A stretch of 64,000 bases of DNA from an uncultured Phycisphaerales bacterium (GCA_963758525.1 CAVWVQ010000003.1:4640001-4704000), one strand, 5' to 3'. Positions 32,074 to 43,686 are shown, numbered from the stretch's first letter. The notes: generated from the letters alone by a model not told the origin. Translations and numbers: made by a program.

Positions 32074-34205
32074 CTATCCAAGCTCTTCGAGAATCGCGTT
32101 CTTCACATTGGTCGGAACCTGCGAATACTTTAGCGGCTCCATCACGGAACTGGCCCGGCCGGTGCTCATCGAGCGCAGTTCGGTGGTGTATCCGAACATC
32201 TCGCTGAGCGGAACTTCCGCCTCGACAAAGCGCGTGTTGCCGCGCTGTTCGCTGTTGACGATCAAGCCGCGCCGGCGATTGAGGTCGCCGGTGACATTGC
32301 CGACGAATTCCTCGGGCGTGGTCACAACGACCTTCATGATCGGCTCGAGCAGCGTCATTCCCGCCTTGGTGCACGCGTCCTTGAACGCGATCTGCCCGGC
32401 AAGCTCGAAGGCAATCTGCGAGCTGTCCACCTGGTGATAGCTGCCGTCCACGAGCGTGACCTTGAGATTGATCATCGGGTAGTTGGCGAGCACGCCGGTC
32501 TTGGCCGACATTCGCACGCCGTACTCGATCGACGGAATGAATTCCTTGGGGATCGAGCCGCCGAAGATCTTGTTTTCGAAAGCAACGCCATCGGCCCAGC
32601 CCATCTTCTTGAGCGCTTCAGGCTCGACACCTTCGCCGGTGAACGGCTCGAGGTTGATCGAGCAGTCGCCGAACTGACCGCGGCCGCCGGACTGCTTCAC
32701 GTGTTTGCCGCGAACGTTGAGCACGGTCTTGGTGATCGTCTCCTTGTAGGCGACCTTCGGCTTGCCGACCACCACGTCGACGTGGTGATCGCGCGTCAGG
32801 CGCATGCGGAGAATTTCCAGGTGGAGTTCGCCCATCCCGGCGATGATCGTCTGGCCGGTTTCGTCGTCGTACTTCGCCTGGAACGTCGGATCTTCGCGCT
32901 TGAGCGTGGTGAGCGCTTCGCCGAGTTTCTGCTTGTCGGCGGCCGTCTTCGGCTCGATCGACATGCTGATGACCGGTTCGGGGAACGTCGGACGCTCGAG
33001 GATGATCGGGTGATCCTGATCGCAGAGCGTATCGCCGGTCAGCGCATCCTTGACGCCGATGCACGCCACGATGTCGCCGGCTTCGGCTACGTCGATCGGA
33101 TTGCGGTCGGCGGCGTGCATCTGAAACATCCGGCTGACGTTCTCGCGCTTGTTGCGATTGGCGTTGAGCACGCGGCTCCCTTTTTCCAGCCGGCCGCTGT
33201 AGACGCGCACGTACGTCAGATCGCCATGCTGGTCGCTGACGATCTTGAACGCGAGTCCGCTGAACGGCTCGGTCGGATCGGAATGACGCAAGAGGACCTT
33301 GTCAGGGTCCTTCAGGTCATGTCCCTGGATCGGCGGGATGTCCATCGGGCTTGGCAGATAGTCGATGACCCCGTCGATCAGACGCTGCACGCCGACGTAC
33401 TTCAGCGCCGACCCGGTGAAGACCGGGTGCAGTTTGAAAGAAATCGTGGCGGCGCGGCAGCGGCGCGGAGTTCGGCTTCGGTGATCTCGACGCCGTTGAG
33501 GAATTTCTCCGTGAGCGTGTCGTCCGTTTCGGCAACGCGCTCGATCAGCGTGGTCTTCCACTTCTCGTAGCGCGCCTTTTCCTCTTCAGGGATCGGCTTC
33601 TCGACGATTGTTTTCCCTTTGTCCTTGTCGTCGTCGAGCTTGTAATAAATCGCGACGCCGCGCAGCAGATCGATGATCCCCTTAAAGGTGTCGCTCTGCC
33701 CGATGGGAATCTGCACCGCGACGGCCGGAGCGCCCAGACGCTCGATGATGCTGTTGAAGCTGAAGTCGAAGTCCGCGCCAAGCTTGTCCATCTTGTTGAC
33801 GAAGCAGATGCGCGGCACGTTGTATTTGGTCGCCTGGCGCCAGACGGTTTCGGATTGCGCCTCGACGCCTTCCTTGCCATCGAATACCGCGACGGCCCCG
33901 TCGAGCACGCGCAGGGATCGCTCCACCTCGGCGGTGAAATCCACGTGGCCGGGCGTGTCGATCAGGTTGATCGTGTAGCGTTCGCCGTTGCGGTCCCACA
34001 AACAGGTGGTGGCGGCCGAGTTGATGGTGATGCCGCGCTTCTGCTCTTCTTCGTCAAAGTCCATGACGGCGGTTCCTTCGTGGACTTCGCCCATCTTATG
34101 AATCTTGCCGGTGTAATAGAGGATGCGCTCGGAGACGGTGGTCTTTCCGGCGTCAATGTGAGCGGCAATTCCGATATTCCGAGTCTTCGTAAGGTCGCGT
34201 GACAT
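32074..34205 (-). CDS. fusA: Elongation factor G, stand-alone copy; one frameshift near 33460
   Basis: [28 protein letters not shown] and NKMD; after the shift, [33 protein letters not shown] and LRSMSTGR. Confidence 0.95.
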
Positions 34206-34232
34206 AGGTCGTTTCCTTCTCCAACACAAAAC

Positions 34233-34468
34233 CCGCGGAAGCCTTTTCCGCGGCAATCAACGAAATCATTCGCGACTGCCGGCTCCCGATAAACACCGGG
34301 ATCGGCCCTGCGGGTCAAAGATCGCGCCAGGCAATACCGCCTGCCGGCGATCCGAGCTTCGATTGTCGCTTTCCGAAGCCCCCAGACGATCAATTCATCC
34401 GGTTTCCGCATGGTCGGCTCAGTCTGACCATGCAGGGGTTCGGTCAGCATGAGCCATCAATGTGGCTC
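34233..34468 (-). promoter_or_regulatory. Candidate structured 5' leader or ncRNA upstream of fusA
   Basis: About seven adjacent hairpins; TTGACA on the minus strand at 34487-34492. Confidence 0.4.
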
Positions 34469-34741
34469 GATCTTCACGTTATCTCCTGTCAATAACTGCA
34501 TATCGACTATACGCGCGCACGCAGGCGAAGTTTACTGGCAACCCAGCCTCGTCAACGACAGATAGTGGGGAGAGAATGTACAGCCGGGCCGTTTCAGGTC
34601 AAGTTTTCCGCTTCGCAGTTTTCCGCTTCGCAGATTGCCGGGTGAATCAGCTCCCGATTTTTTGAGCACCCCTTCGCTGCCCTCCCCGTCACCATCAGGT
34701 TGTTCTAATGGCCGACCGCCGCAGATCACGTTGTGCATGTG

Positions 34742-35746
<1,005 letters not shown>

Positions 35747-36122
35747 GGGCGGAGATTAGCCTTGAACCGCAAAAACGTAAAGGTGAGTCTTTGGGAATGT
35801 GACACCGGTTGGCGATGGCAGTGCCATTCAGCGTTTCTGCACGACATCGGAAAAGCAACCGATCCGCGGCCATGTGCGCCATGAGATCGGCAGCGCATCG
35901 CGCTATCGGGCGGATTGCGACAACGATGCTGAGGACCGCGGCGCTGGCGATTCCCTCTTCAAAGCCGGCCGTTTTGCGGCCAAAGTCCTGTTTGGAAAAG
36001 GTCCGAATTATGTTTGTTGAGCATCAAGGAAGGCTCTGTTTGGCACGATAAAAGAGTTAGCTGTACGCGCCATCTCGGTGCAGGGGTCACTCCTGCCTCC
36101 GGCTCATCGGATCGGTTATCAA

Positions 36123-37829
36123 ATGTTCGCAATAGCACGATTTGGGGGAATTGAAGCTCATCGCAAAGTTGCGCTGCTGAGCGCCGGGCTTTTAGCAACG
36201 ATGGGTCTGGTGGTGGCGGTGGGAGTCGTCGGGCTGCATCGGATCCAGGCTGGGGATGGCGCCGAACTCGACACGGAGGTGGGTGGCCTGCAGCTCATCC
36301 TGATGACGGACCGGGACCTTTACCAGGCTCAGCTCGCGCTGGAACAGGGGACAGGTTCGTCGGATCGCGCACGCCTCGAGACGCTCCTCAACGACTATCG
36401 CCAGAATGTGCGTGAGAGCGATTCCCGTTACGCACGGTTCGCTCAATTGGCCGCGCACAGCGATAATGAGAAGGCCCTGCGCAGCGCATATTTTTCAGCG
36501 CAAGCCCAATGGATCGAAGCAACCTCAAGATTCATCGACAGCAACCGTGCGCCTGCGGAGGGCGCCGGACGGCCCGCGCTGCTGGAGGAAGCCAGGACGT
36601 CCTTCAGGCGGGCGCATGAAGGCCTGGATCAGCTTGAAACTCTCTATGACGATTTGATCGCCGGTTCGTTTGCCGGCACTGCGGCCAACGCGCATCACAC
36701 GGAGAACACGCTGCTGGCATCACTCGGAGCGGCGCTGGCCGGCGGGTTGTTCGTGACGCGTTCGTGCGTGCGGGCCATTCGGGCGCAGCAGGACGCGATT
36801 AAAATGCGAAACGCTCAGCGCGAGACGGAGACGGCGCGCCGGGAGTTTGAAAGCCGGCTCGGCCACGGAATGGAGATGGCCCAGACCGAAGAGTCTGCGC
36901 GCGGCCTTGTGGAGGAGGTGCTGGCAGAAGTGGCTCCGGGAGCGCCGGCGGAAACGCTGTTGGCCGATTCGAGCAAGGCTCATCTGCATCGGGTGGCCAC
37001 AACGCAGCCGAAGGAGTCCGATCGACTTTGCGATGTCGTCAAGCCGTACGATTGCCCGGCTGTCCGTCGCGGGCAGAGCGTCCGCTTCAACACGAGCGAG
37101 TCCTTTGACACTTGCCCCCGTCTCAAAGGGCGCCCGAGCGGGCCCTGCTCAGCCCTGTGCGTCCCGCTGAGCATCATGGGAAAGACGGTCGGCGTTCTGC
37201 ACACGACTGGGCCGGACCGCTTGCCCCCTGGGGACGAACTGGCGGCTACGCTGGTTCAGATCGCGTCCAAGGCCGGGGACCGCATCGGCGTGCTGCGCGC
37301 CTTCCGAAAATCAGAGTCGCAGGCGTCGATCGATCCGCTCACGGGCCTGCTCAATCGACGAAGCTTTGAAGAACAGGTTCGCGATCTGGTCAAATCGGGA
37401 TCGCGTTTTGCCGTGGCGTACGGCGATCTGGATCACTTCAAGCGATTGAATGACACGCATGGACACGACACCGGCGACCGCTCATTGCGGCTGTTCAGCC
37501 GGACTCTTCGAGAGACGATCCGGCCGGGAGACGTGGCGGCCCGCTGGGGCGGTGAAGAGTTTGTGCTCCTGCTTCCCGATGCTTCCGCATCCGATGGAGC
37601 GGAGGTGTTGGAACGCATCCGCAAGAATCTGGCCATGGCTCAGCAAGCCGGAAAGATCCCGCCATTTACAGTCAGCTTCGGCATCGGCGATAACTACGAT
37701 GCTGCCGAGTTCACAGATCTCCTTGCCATGGCCGACGGCGCGCTGCTGACCGCCAAGCGAGCCGGCCGCGACCGCGTTGTGCTCGTGGGTCACGAACCCT
37801 CAAGCGGGCAGGCGACCAGGGCAGCATAA
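36123..37829 (+). CDS. Membrane diguanylate cyclase (periplasmic helical sensor, GAF-like domain, GGDEF domain)
   Basis: Two TM helices; DPLTGLLNRR, DLDHFKRLNDTHGH and RPGDVAARWGGEEF (RxxD I-site plus GGEEF). Confidence 0.93.
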   Translation: MFAIARFGGIEAHRKVALLSAGLLATMGLVVAVGVVGLHRIQAGDGAELDTEVGGLQLILMTDRDLYQAQLALEQGTGSSDRARLETLLNDYRQNVRESDSRYARFAQLAAHSDNEKALRSAYFSAQAQWIEATSRFIDSNRAPAEGAGRPALLEEARTSFRRAHEGLDQLETLYDDLIAGSFAGTAANAHHTENTLLASLGAALAGGLFVTRSCVRAIRAQQDAIKMRNAQRETETARREFESRLGHGMEMAQTEESARGLVEEVLAEVAPGAPAETLLADSSKAHLHRVATTQPKESDRLCDVVKPYDCPAVRRGQSVRFNTSESFDTCPRLKGRPSGPCSALCVPLSIMGKTVGVLHTTGPDRLPPGDELAATLVQIASKAGDRIGVLRAFRKSESQASIDPLTGLLNRRSFEEQVRDLVKSGSRFAVAYGDLDHFKRLNDTHGHDTGDRSLRLFSRTLRETIRPGDVAARWGGEEFVLLLPDASASDGAEVLERIRKNLAMAQQAGKIPPFTVSFGIGDNYDAAEFTDLLAMADGALLTAKRAGRDRVVLVGHEPSSGQATRAA

Positions 37830-37866
37830 AGATCCTGACGTTTATCACCATCCAACGCTCCGGTCC

Positions 37867-38054
37867 TCAGGCATCATCGAAAAGCGTCGGAACGCCTTTC
37901 GCGCTGATGTACACGCATGTTCCGGCGCGAATAATCAGGGCGTAGGGATGATCGACGTTGATCCTCTCGCCGTTGACGAAACGAACGGAAAAAGAGCGGG
38001 ACGGCCGTCGCCACTGATAGGCTTGCAGCGTTTGTCAGAATGCTGAGCGGTCAT
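37867..38054 (-). CDS. Small ~62-aa hypothetical protein with one frameshift, missed by the ORF track
   Basis: Adding one A at 38031-38033 gives MTAQHSDKTLQAYQWRRPSRSFSVRFVNGERINVDHPYALIIRAGTCVYISAKGVPTLFDDA*. Confidence 0.55.
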
Positions 38055-38177
38055 GCCGTAGACTATAGCGTAGCCGTCTCGGCTGTGGTCAGAAATCACA
38101 GCCGAGACGGCTGTGATACGGCGGAATCGCCGCTGGACTGAAAACGGAGCGGTGCTCGCACCCTCGATCCTTCTCAA

Positions 38178-40166
38178 TCATGCCCCGACCGCCTGCGCCG
38201 ATGTGTGCGAAGCCGATTCGTCGGGAAGCACATCCACGCGAATTTCGGGCGGCAGCAGCTCTTCAAGCTGGGTGTGAAAAGACCCCTTGATCAGATGATA
38301 CAGCGTGCCCTTCCGGCTGGTGCCGATGAGGATTCGTTCGCAGCCGGTGATGGCGGCGGCTTCGGCAATCAGCTCGGCGGGGTGGTCGCCGCTGTCGTAG
38401 ACGGGAAGAATCGGAACGCCCATCTCATGACCCATGTCGAGAAATCTGGCGAACGTGCGCAGGGCGGCCAGATCGGTTTCCATATTGAGCGAGGTTTCAA
38501 AGTTGCGCGCGATGCGGACCGAGCGAATGAAGCAGACGACCAGGGTTGCGCCGCTGCGCCGGGCCTCACTGAGGGCGGCGTGGGCAAGCGCGGTTGAGCC
38601 GTAGGTTCCCAGCAGAATCTTCGGCTTGGCCATCGCTTCGCTGGTGAGCTGCTGAACGATCGCCTGCGAGAGCAGGCTTGTCTTGGGACCCTTGCGCGTG
38701 CCCAGCCAGCGGTTGAGCTGCCGGGCGGCCAGGCCGACGACCATTACGATGGTGACGAACAGCAGCGCTTCGCGTTTGACATAGGCGAGCGTCACCCAGA
38801 TGACAAGCAATACCGCGGCGAGCATCATCATCGGAATCTTGCGGCGATAGCGGCGCAGCCGGGGGTGAAACGAGACCAGCGAGATATTGATGGCGACAGC
38901 GCCGATGACGCCGATGGCGTAGAGGGCCGCGAGCTGGTCGAGGTTGTGGATGATCAGCAGGACGAGAATCGGGACGCTGGTCGCCAGGACGGCGGGAAGC
39001 CACGGGACGCCAAAGCGGTTGAGCTGGACCATCGCCGACGGCAGTTCGCCGTCGCGCGCCATCAGATATTGGATCGACGTCATTCCCGAGATGGCGGTAT
39101 TGCCGGCAGAGAGCAGGAGCACTCCGCCGATGATTCTCACCGCGTACTCACCCCAAATCCCGACGTATTTTCCCGTGAGGAATGCGGCCATGTCTTCGAG
39201 ATGGGCGTCGCGGTTCAGCGGGTAGATGGCCAGCATGCAGATGGCGAGAATGATGTTGAAGAGGGCGACTTCGCCCGCCACGACCCAGATCGCCTTTGCG
39301 GCGGTCTTCGCCACCGGGCGCGACATGACGCCGGTGAGGTTGGCGATGGCTTCCACGCCGCTCAGCGCCAGCACAATCGAAACGAAGGCCACCCAGACCT
39401 CGCCCGGCTGCGAGAAGTCCGGCTTGCCGATGCGGTGGGGGAGATCATGCCAGGGGATCTGCGGAAGCGCGGCCGCTGAGATCAGCAGCGTGATGAAGAT
39501 CATCCCGATGGCTGCCCCGATGGCAAAGCCCCCGCTGTGCCTGGGGCCGAGCAGGTTCAGTGCGCCAATCGCGGCGATCGCGACGATCGCCCACAGGCCC
39601 GGAGAATCGAGGGTAAAGAGTCCCTCCGCTTCCGACTTGGGGCTTTCGCGTTTGGGGTCGAGCATCTTTCCGGCATCGACGTGGCGATTGGTGTCGTAAC
39701 TGTGATCTGCCAGGCGGACCGCTGCCGGAGGCGTGCCGCCAGTGTCGGCGGGCGTTTCCACCTGCTGCACGTGATGGTGCAGCGGCAGACCGAAATAATG
39801 GAACGCATCGAGACAACTGAGGCTCGCGGTTACCGTGTAATCGGCGAAGAGCAGCAGCGCGCCCACGACCGCAAGCGTCCGGCTCGTCTGCTTTGCGGCG
39901 GTGTAGACGCCGCCTCCATCAGGATAGATGCGGCAAATCTGAGAATAGGCCCATGCCACCGCAAGAATCAGCAAGCTCATCGCGGCGATGAGCCAGAAGC
40001 TGGTTCTGCCGGCAAAAAACAATGCCAGGCCGAGGACATAGAGCCGGCTGGTGCCCCAGTCGCCAAAGAGCAGACCTGCCGCCTGAACCCAGCCGATATT
40101 TCGAGGACGTTCACTGGAAAGCAGACTTAATGCCAATGGCTTATTCGAGTGCTCTACGGTGCTCAT
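38178..40166 (-). CDS. APC-superfamily permease (KimA/Kup-like) with C-terminal USP-like domain
   Basis: About 12 TM helices; GDWGTSRLY, YPDGGGVY, LLFADY and SGVEAIAN motifs; C-terminal PAELIAEAA...ILIG USP-like segment. Confidence 0.8.
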   Translation of the reverse strand: MSTVEHSNKPLALSLLSSERPRNIGWVQAAGLLFGDWGTSRLYVLGLALFFAGRTSFWLIAAMSLLILAVAWAYSQICRIYPDGGGVYTAAKQTSRTLAVVGALLLFADYTVTASLSCLDAFHYFGLPLHHHVQQVETPADTGGTPPAAVRLADHSYDTNRHVDAGKMLDPKRESPKSEAEGLFTLDSPGLWAIVAIAAIGALNLLGPRHSGGFAIGAAIGMIFITLLISAAALPQIPWHDLPHRIGKPDFSQPGEVWVAFVSIVLALSGVEAIANLTGVMSRPVAKTAAKAIWVVAGEVALFNIILAICMLAIYPLNRDAHLEDMAAFLTGKYVGIWGEYAVRIIGGVLLLSAGNTAISGMTSIQYLMARDGELPSAMVQLNRFGVPWLPAVLATSVPILVLLIIHNLDQLAALYAIGVIGAVAINISLVSFHPRLRRYRRKIPMMMLAAVLLVIWVTLAYVKREALLFVTIVMVVGLAARQLNRWLGTRKGPKTSLLSQAIVQQLTSEAMAKPKILLGTYGSTALAHAALSEARRSGATLVVCFIRSVRIARNFETSLNMETDLAALRTFARFLDMGHEMGVPILPVYDSGDHPAELIAEAAAITGCERILIGTSRKGTLYHLIKGSFHTQLEELLPPEIRVDVLPDESASHTSAQAVGA

Positions 40167-40192
40167 ACGGCATTCCTCGGCCTCCGCAACAG

Positions 40193-40228
40193 AAAAAACG
40201 CCCGGGAGCCGGTGAAGGCTTCCGAGCG
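40193..40228 (-). terminator. Intrinsic terminator-like hairpin between the P-II gene and the APC permease gene
   Basis: On the minus strand, CGCTCGGAAGCC-loop-GGCTCCCGGGCG followed by TTTTTT. Confidence 0.7.
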
Positions 40229-40276
40229 TGTTGAATGTCTCAACGCTGCAGCGCGTTATTATACATCATGTCCGGC

Positions 40277-40630
40277 TCACGGGCCAATCGCAACAGTTCC
40301 GCTTTCGCCAGTCCGTATACGATAGGCTTCGTTCAGATCGAGAACGAAAATCTTCCCGTCGCCGATGCGCCCGCCGCCCTCGGAGCGGGCGGCTTTGAGA
40401 ATCGCGTCAACGGTCGGCTTCACATACGCCTCGTTGACGGCGATCTCGAGCTTCACCTTGGAAAGAAGGCGGATGACGCCTTTGTTGCCCCGGTACGATT
40501 CAGAGTAGCCGCGCTGGCTTCCGCATCCACGAACGTCGGATGCGGTCATCAGATAGACCTGCTTTTCGTCCAGTGCATCCTGCACCGACTCGAGTTTTTC
40601 AGGGCGGATAATTGCAACGATCAGTTTCAT
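40277..40630 (-). CDS. glnK: P-II family nitrogen regulator
   Basis: MKLIVAIIRPEKL, YRG, KVKLEI and IGDGKIFV...RIRTGE motifs; directly downstream of amt. Confidence 0.9.
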   Translation of the reverse strand: MKLIVAIIRPEKLESVQDALDEKQVYLMTASDVRGCGSQRGYSESYRGNKGVIRLLSKVKLEIAVNEAYVKPTVDAILKAARSEGGGRIGDGKIFVLDLNEAYRIRTGESGTVAIGP

Positions 40631-40734
40631 GTACGAATCTCCAATTTGCCTGAAGCAATCGGCGGGTCGGATCGAAACAACCCGACCCGCCGATCACGTT
40701 CACTGTTCAACTCCAATTGACTACACGCGAAGTG

Positions 40735-42498
40735 TCATCTTGACGCCAGCACTTCTTCCCGCGCCATCTCGGGCGGGAGAACGCCGATTGTATCGCGCGG
40801 CATGCCGCGAGGTGAGGCCAGGGCCGAGATAACATACTCGGGATAGGCCGAGATGCCATGCTCGTGAATGTCCAGACCTTCCTTTTCGCCATGTTCGGAA
40901 ATGCGAAGCCGGCCGAACAGATTGAGGATGGCGAAGATGAGCATCGCGATACCGAAGGTTGCCGCGCAGATGATCGCGCTGCCGATGGCCTGGGCGATCA
41001 GCAGCGTGGTGCCGCCGTGATAGAACAACCCGGCGAGTCCCTGCCCGGCAGCGACGACCGGAACGCCGTTCGGCGAGCTGCCGGTGGCCTGGTAGTCGCC
41101 GCAAGCAAACAGCCCCAGGGACAGTGTCCCCCAGATGCCGCAGAGCCCGTGAACAGGCCACGCGCCGATGGGGTCATCGATGCGGAGGAATTCAAGGAGA
41201 TCCACGCCGAGGATGACGATCACGCCAGCGATTGCGCCGAGGATGCACGCGCCGGTCGGGCTGACCCAGTAGCAGGGGCACGTGATGGCGACCAGGCCGG
41301 CGAGGAAGCCGTTGGTGATGGCGGCGGCGTCCCATTTCCCGATGCGCAGGTAGATGAAGAACTCAGCCGCCAAACCGCCCGTGCATGCAGCGAGGGTGGT
41401 GTTGGCGGAGATTCGGCCGATACCGCCGAAATCCATCGCCGACAGTGAGGAGCCGGGGTTGAAGCCGTACCACCCGAACCACAGGAGGAAACCGCCGATG
41501 ACACCCATGACCAGGTCATGCGGCAGCATCGGGCCGCCGCCGTCGCGCTTGAACTTGCGACCGAGCCTTGGCCCGAGCATGATTCCGCCCGCCAAAGCGA
41601 TCCAGCCGCCGATGGAATGCACCACCGTCGAACCGGCGAAGTCGTGGAAGTACTGATTCACGCCCGGCAGGAAGTGAGTGTAATTCTCCCAAGCGGCCGG
41701 GGCGTTTTGAGCGCCCATCGTATAGAGGAACCCGTCGGGTCCCCACGCCCAGTGGCCGATGATCGGATAGATGAAGCCCGAGACGCAGATGGAATAGAGG
41801 ATATCGCCGATGAAGTCGGTTCGGCCGATCATCGTGCCCGAGCAAATCGTCGACGCGCAGTCAGCGAAGGCGAACTGGAAGACCCAGTGCGCCAGGACGG
41901 GAACGCCGGTGGTCCCGTAGACGGTCATTGCCGTTACGCCCTTGAGAAAGAACCAGTTGGTGGTCGGTTGGCCCGCGACATCGTTCGGATCGTGCCACCC
42001 GATGAAACCATTTCCCTGGCCGAACATGAAGGCATAGCCCCACGTGTAGTACAGGAACCCGCAAAGGCAGGTGTCGAAGACGCATTCGACCAGCACGTTG
42101 ACGGTTTCGCGCGAACGGCAGAAGCCCGCTTCGAGCATCGTGAACCCTGCCTGCATGGCGAAGACCAGAAAGGCAGCGACTAACGTCCAGATGGTGTTGA
42201 TCGGATTGATCAGCGGATTCTTGGTGATGTCTGTCAGATCGGGAATTGATGCGATCGAAGGACCGGCCGGCGCACTGGCCGCGGGCGCCGCCGCCTGCGC
42301 GTGGACCGTTCCGCTGATCATTCCGGGGATTACCGCCACCCCCACGATGACAACGGCCAGCAAAGCCAGGCCCAGCATCTTGCCGGCCAGAAGCGTTCGC
42401 CCATACCTCCGCCATTCGGGGTCTTTCAGGCGATCACCTAATCGGGCGAGCTTTCGCCCAAAGGTAAGTCTGTCTGCCTTTAACAACTTGGAACGCAT
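40735..42498 (-). CDS. amtB: Ammonium transporter with N-terminal extension
   Basis: MQAGFTMLEAG, FQFAFA, DFAGSTVVH, LWFGWYGFN, LAGLVAIT and DDPIGAWPVHG (twin His). Confidence 0.95.
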   Translation of the reverse strand: MRSKLLKADRLTFGRKLARLGDRLKDPEWRRYGRTLLAGKMLGLALLAVVIVGVAVIPGMISGTVHAQAAAPAASAPAGPSIASIPDLTDITKNPLINPINTIWTLVAAFLVFAMQAGFTMLEAGFCRSRETVNVLVECVFDTCLCGFLYYTWGYAFMFGQGNGFIGWHDPNDVAGQPTTNWFFLKGVTAMTVYGTTGVPVLAHWVFQFAFADCASTICSGTMIGRTDFIGDILYSICVSGFIYPIIGHWAWGPDGFLYTMGAQNAPAAWENYTHFLPGVNQYFHDFAGSTVVHSIGGWIALAGGIMLGPRLGRKFKRDGGGPMLPHDLVMGVIGGFLLWFGWYGFNPGSSLSAMDFGGIGRISANTTLAACTGGLAAEFFIYLRIGKWDAAAITNGFLAGLVAITCPCYWVSPTGACILGAIAGVIVILGVDLLEFLRIDDPIGAWPVHGLCGIWGTLSLGLFACGDYQATGSSPNGVPVVAAGQGLAGLFYHGGTTLLIAQAIGSAIICAATFGIAMLIFAILNLFGRLRISEHGEKEGLDIHEHGISAYPEYVISALASPRGMPRDTIGVLPPEMAREEVLASR

Positions 42499-42607
42499 AC
42501 CACTGCTCCTTGAAGAGGGTTGATCCCGCCGAGACGGGCACACTTACATACACTGGATGCGCCGCGATCAACGCGGGCCGGGCGCAGCCTTCTGATACGG
42601 TCACATG

Positions 42608-42622
42608 GCAAAGGTAGTGCCA
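42608..42622 (-). promoter_or_regulatory. Sigma54 -24/-12 promoter of amtB-glnK
   Basis: Minus strand reads TGGCAC-TACCT-TTGC, matching TGGCAC-N5-TTGC; about 110 bp upstream of the amtB ATG. Confidence 0.85.
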
Positions 42623-42673
42623 TGCCATCGGGCGCCGATGCCGGTGCGTCGGCGAACCGCGGGGCGGCAACAT

Positions 42674-42690
42674 CGCCTAGTAAATGGGCG
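42674..42690. promoter_or_regulatory. Candidate enhancer-binding-protein site (NtrC-like 17-bp dyad)
   Basis: CGCCTAGTAAATGGGCG; 13/17 identical to 47790-47806 and at the same 52-nt offset from its sigma54 box. Confidence 0.6.
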
Positions 42691-43173
42691 GCGGGAAAGT
42701 CCTGTGCGCCTGATCCCCCGGTGCCCCCGCGGTGCCGGACGGGACGGTGGCAGGCGGCGGAGGACATTTTTCCCGCGGAAAGGCTGGCGAAATGAACGGT
42801 ATCTGGGCGACGGAGGACTCGCGCAACATGAGGTGCTCAACACGCCGGCAGACAAGATACACCCGCCTCCTGCGCGAATTGGGCGAAACGGATCGGAGGT
42901 GCGCTGCTGACAAATCCGGCTCGGGTCGCAGCGTGTGTTGCAATTTGTAACCGATGGGTCGCGCCGCAAAAGGTCTCAACCTTATGCAGGCACTTGGACG
43001 TGCCGGGAGGGGTGCCTATCTTATGGGCGGTTGTTGCAGCACGCCGACCCCTCAGAATTTGCGCGCCCGAGCGCGTCGAAAACCGCCGGTCGGCCGCTGC
43101 TTATTGCAGCGTTCAGATCGCCGGGCGAGTGCGTTCGCACTTGCCGGCATCCTGGCGAACCTTCGTGCGGGCA

Positions 43174-43407
43174 TCAACGTATTTTCAGCCCGAGATCCGG
43201 AAGGTCCTTCGTACCCTTCTTCGATCGCTGGAACTTACTGCGGAGCCGAATCCCCCAGGCGGCTCCGACTACCGCGAACACCTGCATGATCAGCCAGTAA
43301 GAGGCCATTGTCTGTGCCGGCATGTGAACGCCGAAATATCCGATCAGGCAGATGGTCAGAATCATCAACTGGATGGGAACAAACGTCTTGCGATATTGCT
43401 TCCACAT
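43174..43407 (-). CDS. Small two-TM membrane protein
   Basis: AAGGAG upstream; two hydrophobic segments; basic tail. Confidence 0.7.
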   Translation of the reverse strand: MWKQYRKTFVPIQLMILTICLIGYFGVHMPAQTMASYWLIMQVFAVVGAAWGIRLRSKFQRSKKGTKDLPDLGLKIR

Positions 43408-43425
43408 AATGATTGCTCCTTGCCT

Positions 43426-43665
43426 TCAAACCGAGGCTTCGATTCGAACATCCGCCTTGCGACGCGTGACATAGACCCGAAAGTCGTGATCCAAAAGGAT
43501 TTTGAACACGGGTGCCCAGGGAAACGCCCTGGTGTGGTAGACTTCGAGTCTGAATCCGCCCATGGATTCCTGGAGGCCGCCGGTGTCTCCCATGAGATAT
43601 CGCAGGGTCTGGGCGATATCCACGCGGGGGTCCGCGTTCGGCGAGTTTTGTCTGGCATCCATCAC
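43426..43665 (-). CDS. Small hypothetical protein
   Basis: 79-aa ORF tightly packed between the P-II gene and the small membrane gene, same strand. Confidence 0.6.
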   Translation of the reverse strand: MMDARQNSPNADPRVDIAQTLRYLMGDTGGLQESMGGFRLEVYHTRAFPWAPVFKILLDHDFRVYVTRRKADVRIEASV

Positions 43666-43686
43666 TGGTTCACCCTGCGGCCAAAG

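Noticed and set aside
34602..34633. 15-bp tandem duplication AGTTTTCCGCTTCGC
   Set aside because: Only two copies with no supporting context.
36041..36055. Sigma54 promoter for the diguanylate cyclase (TGGCACG)
   Set aside because: The -12 GC is missing (TGGCACGATAAAAGA).
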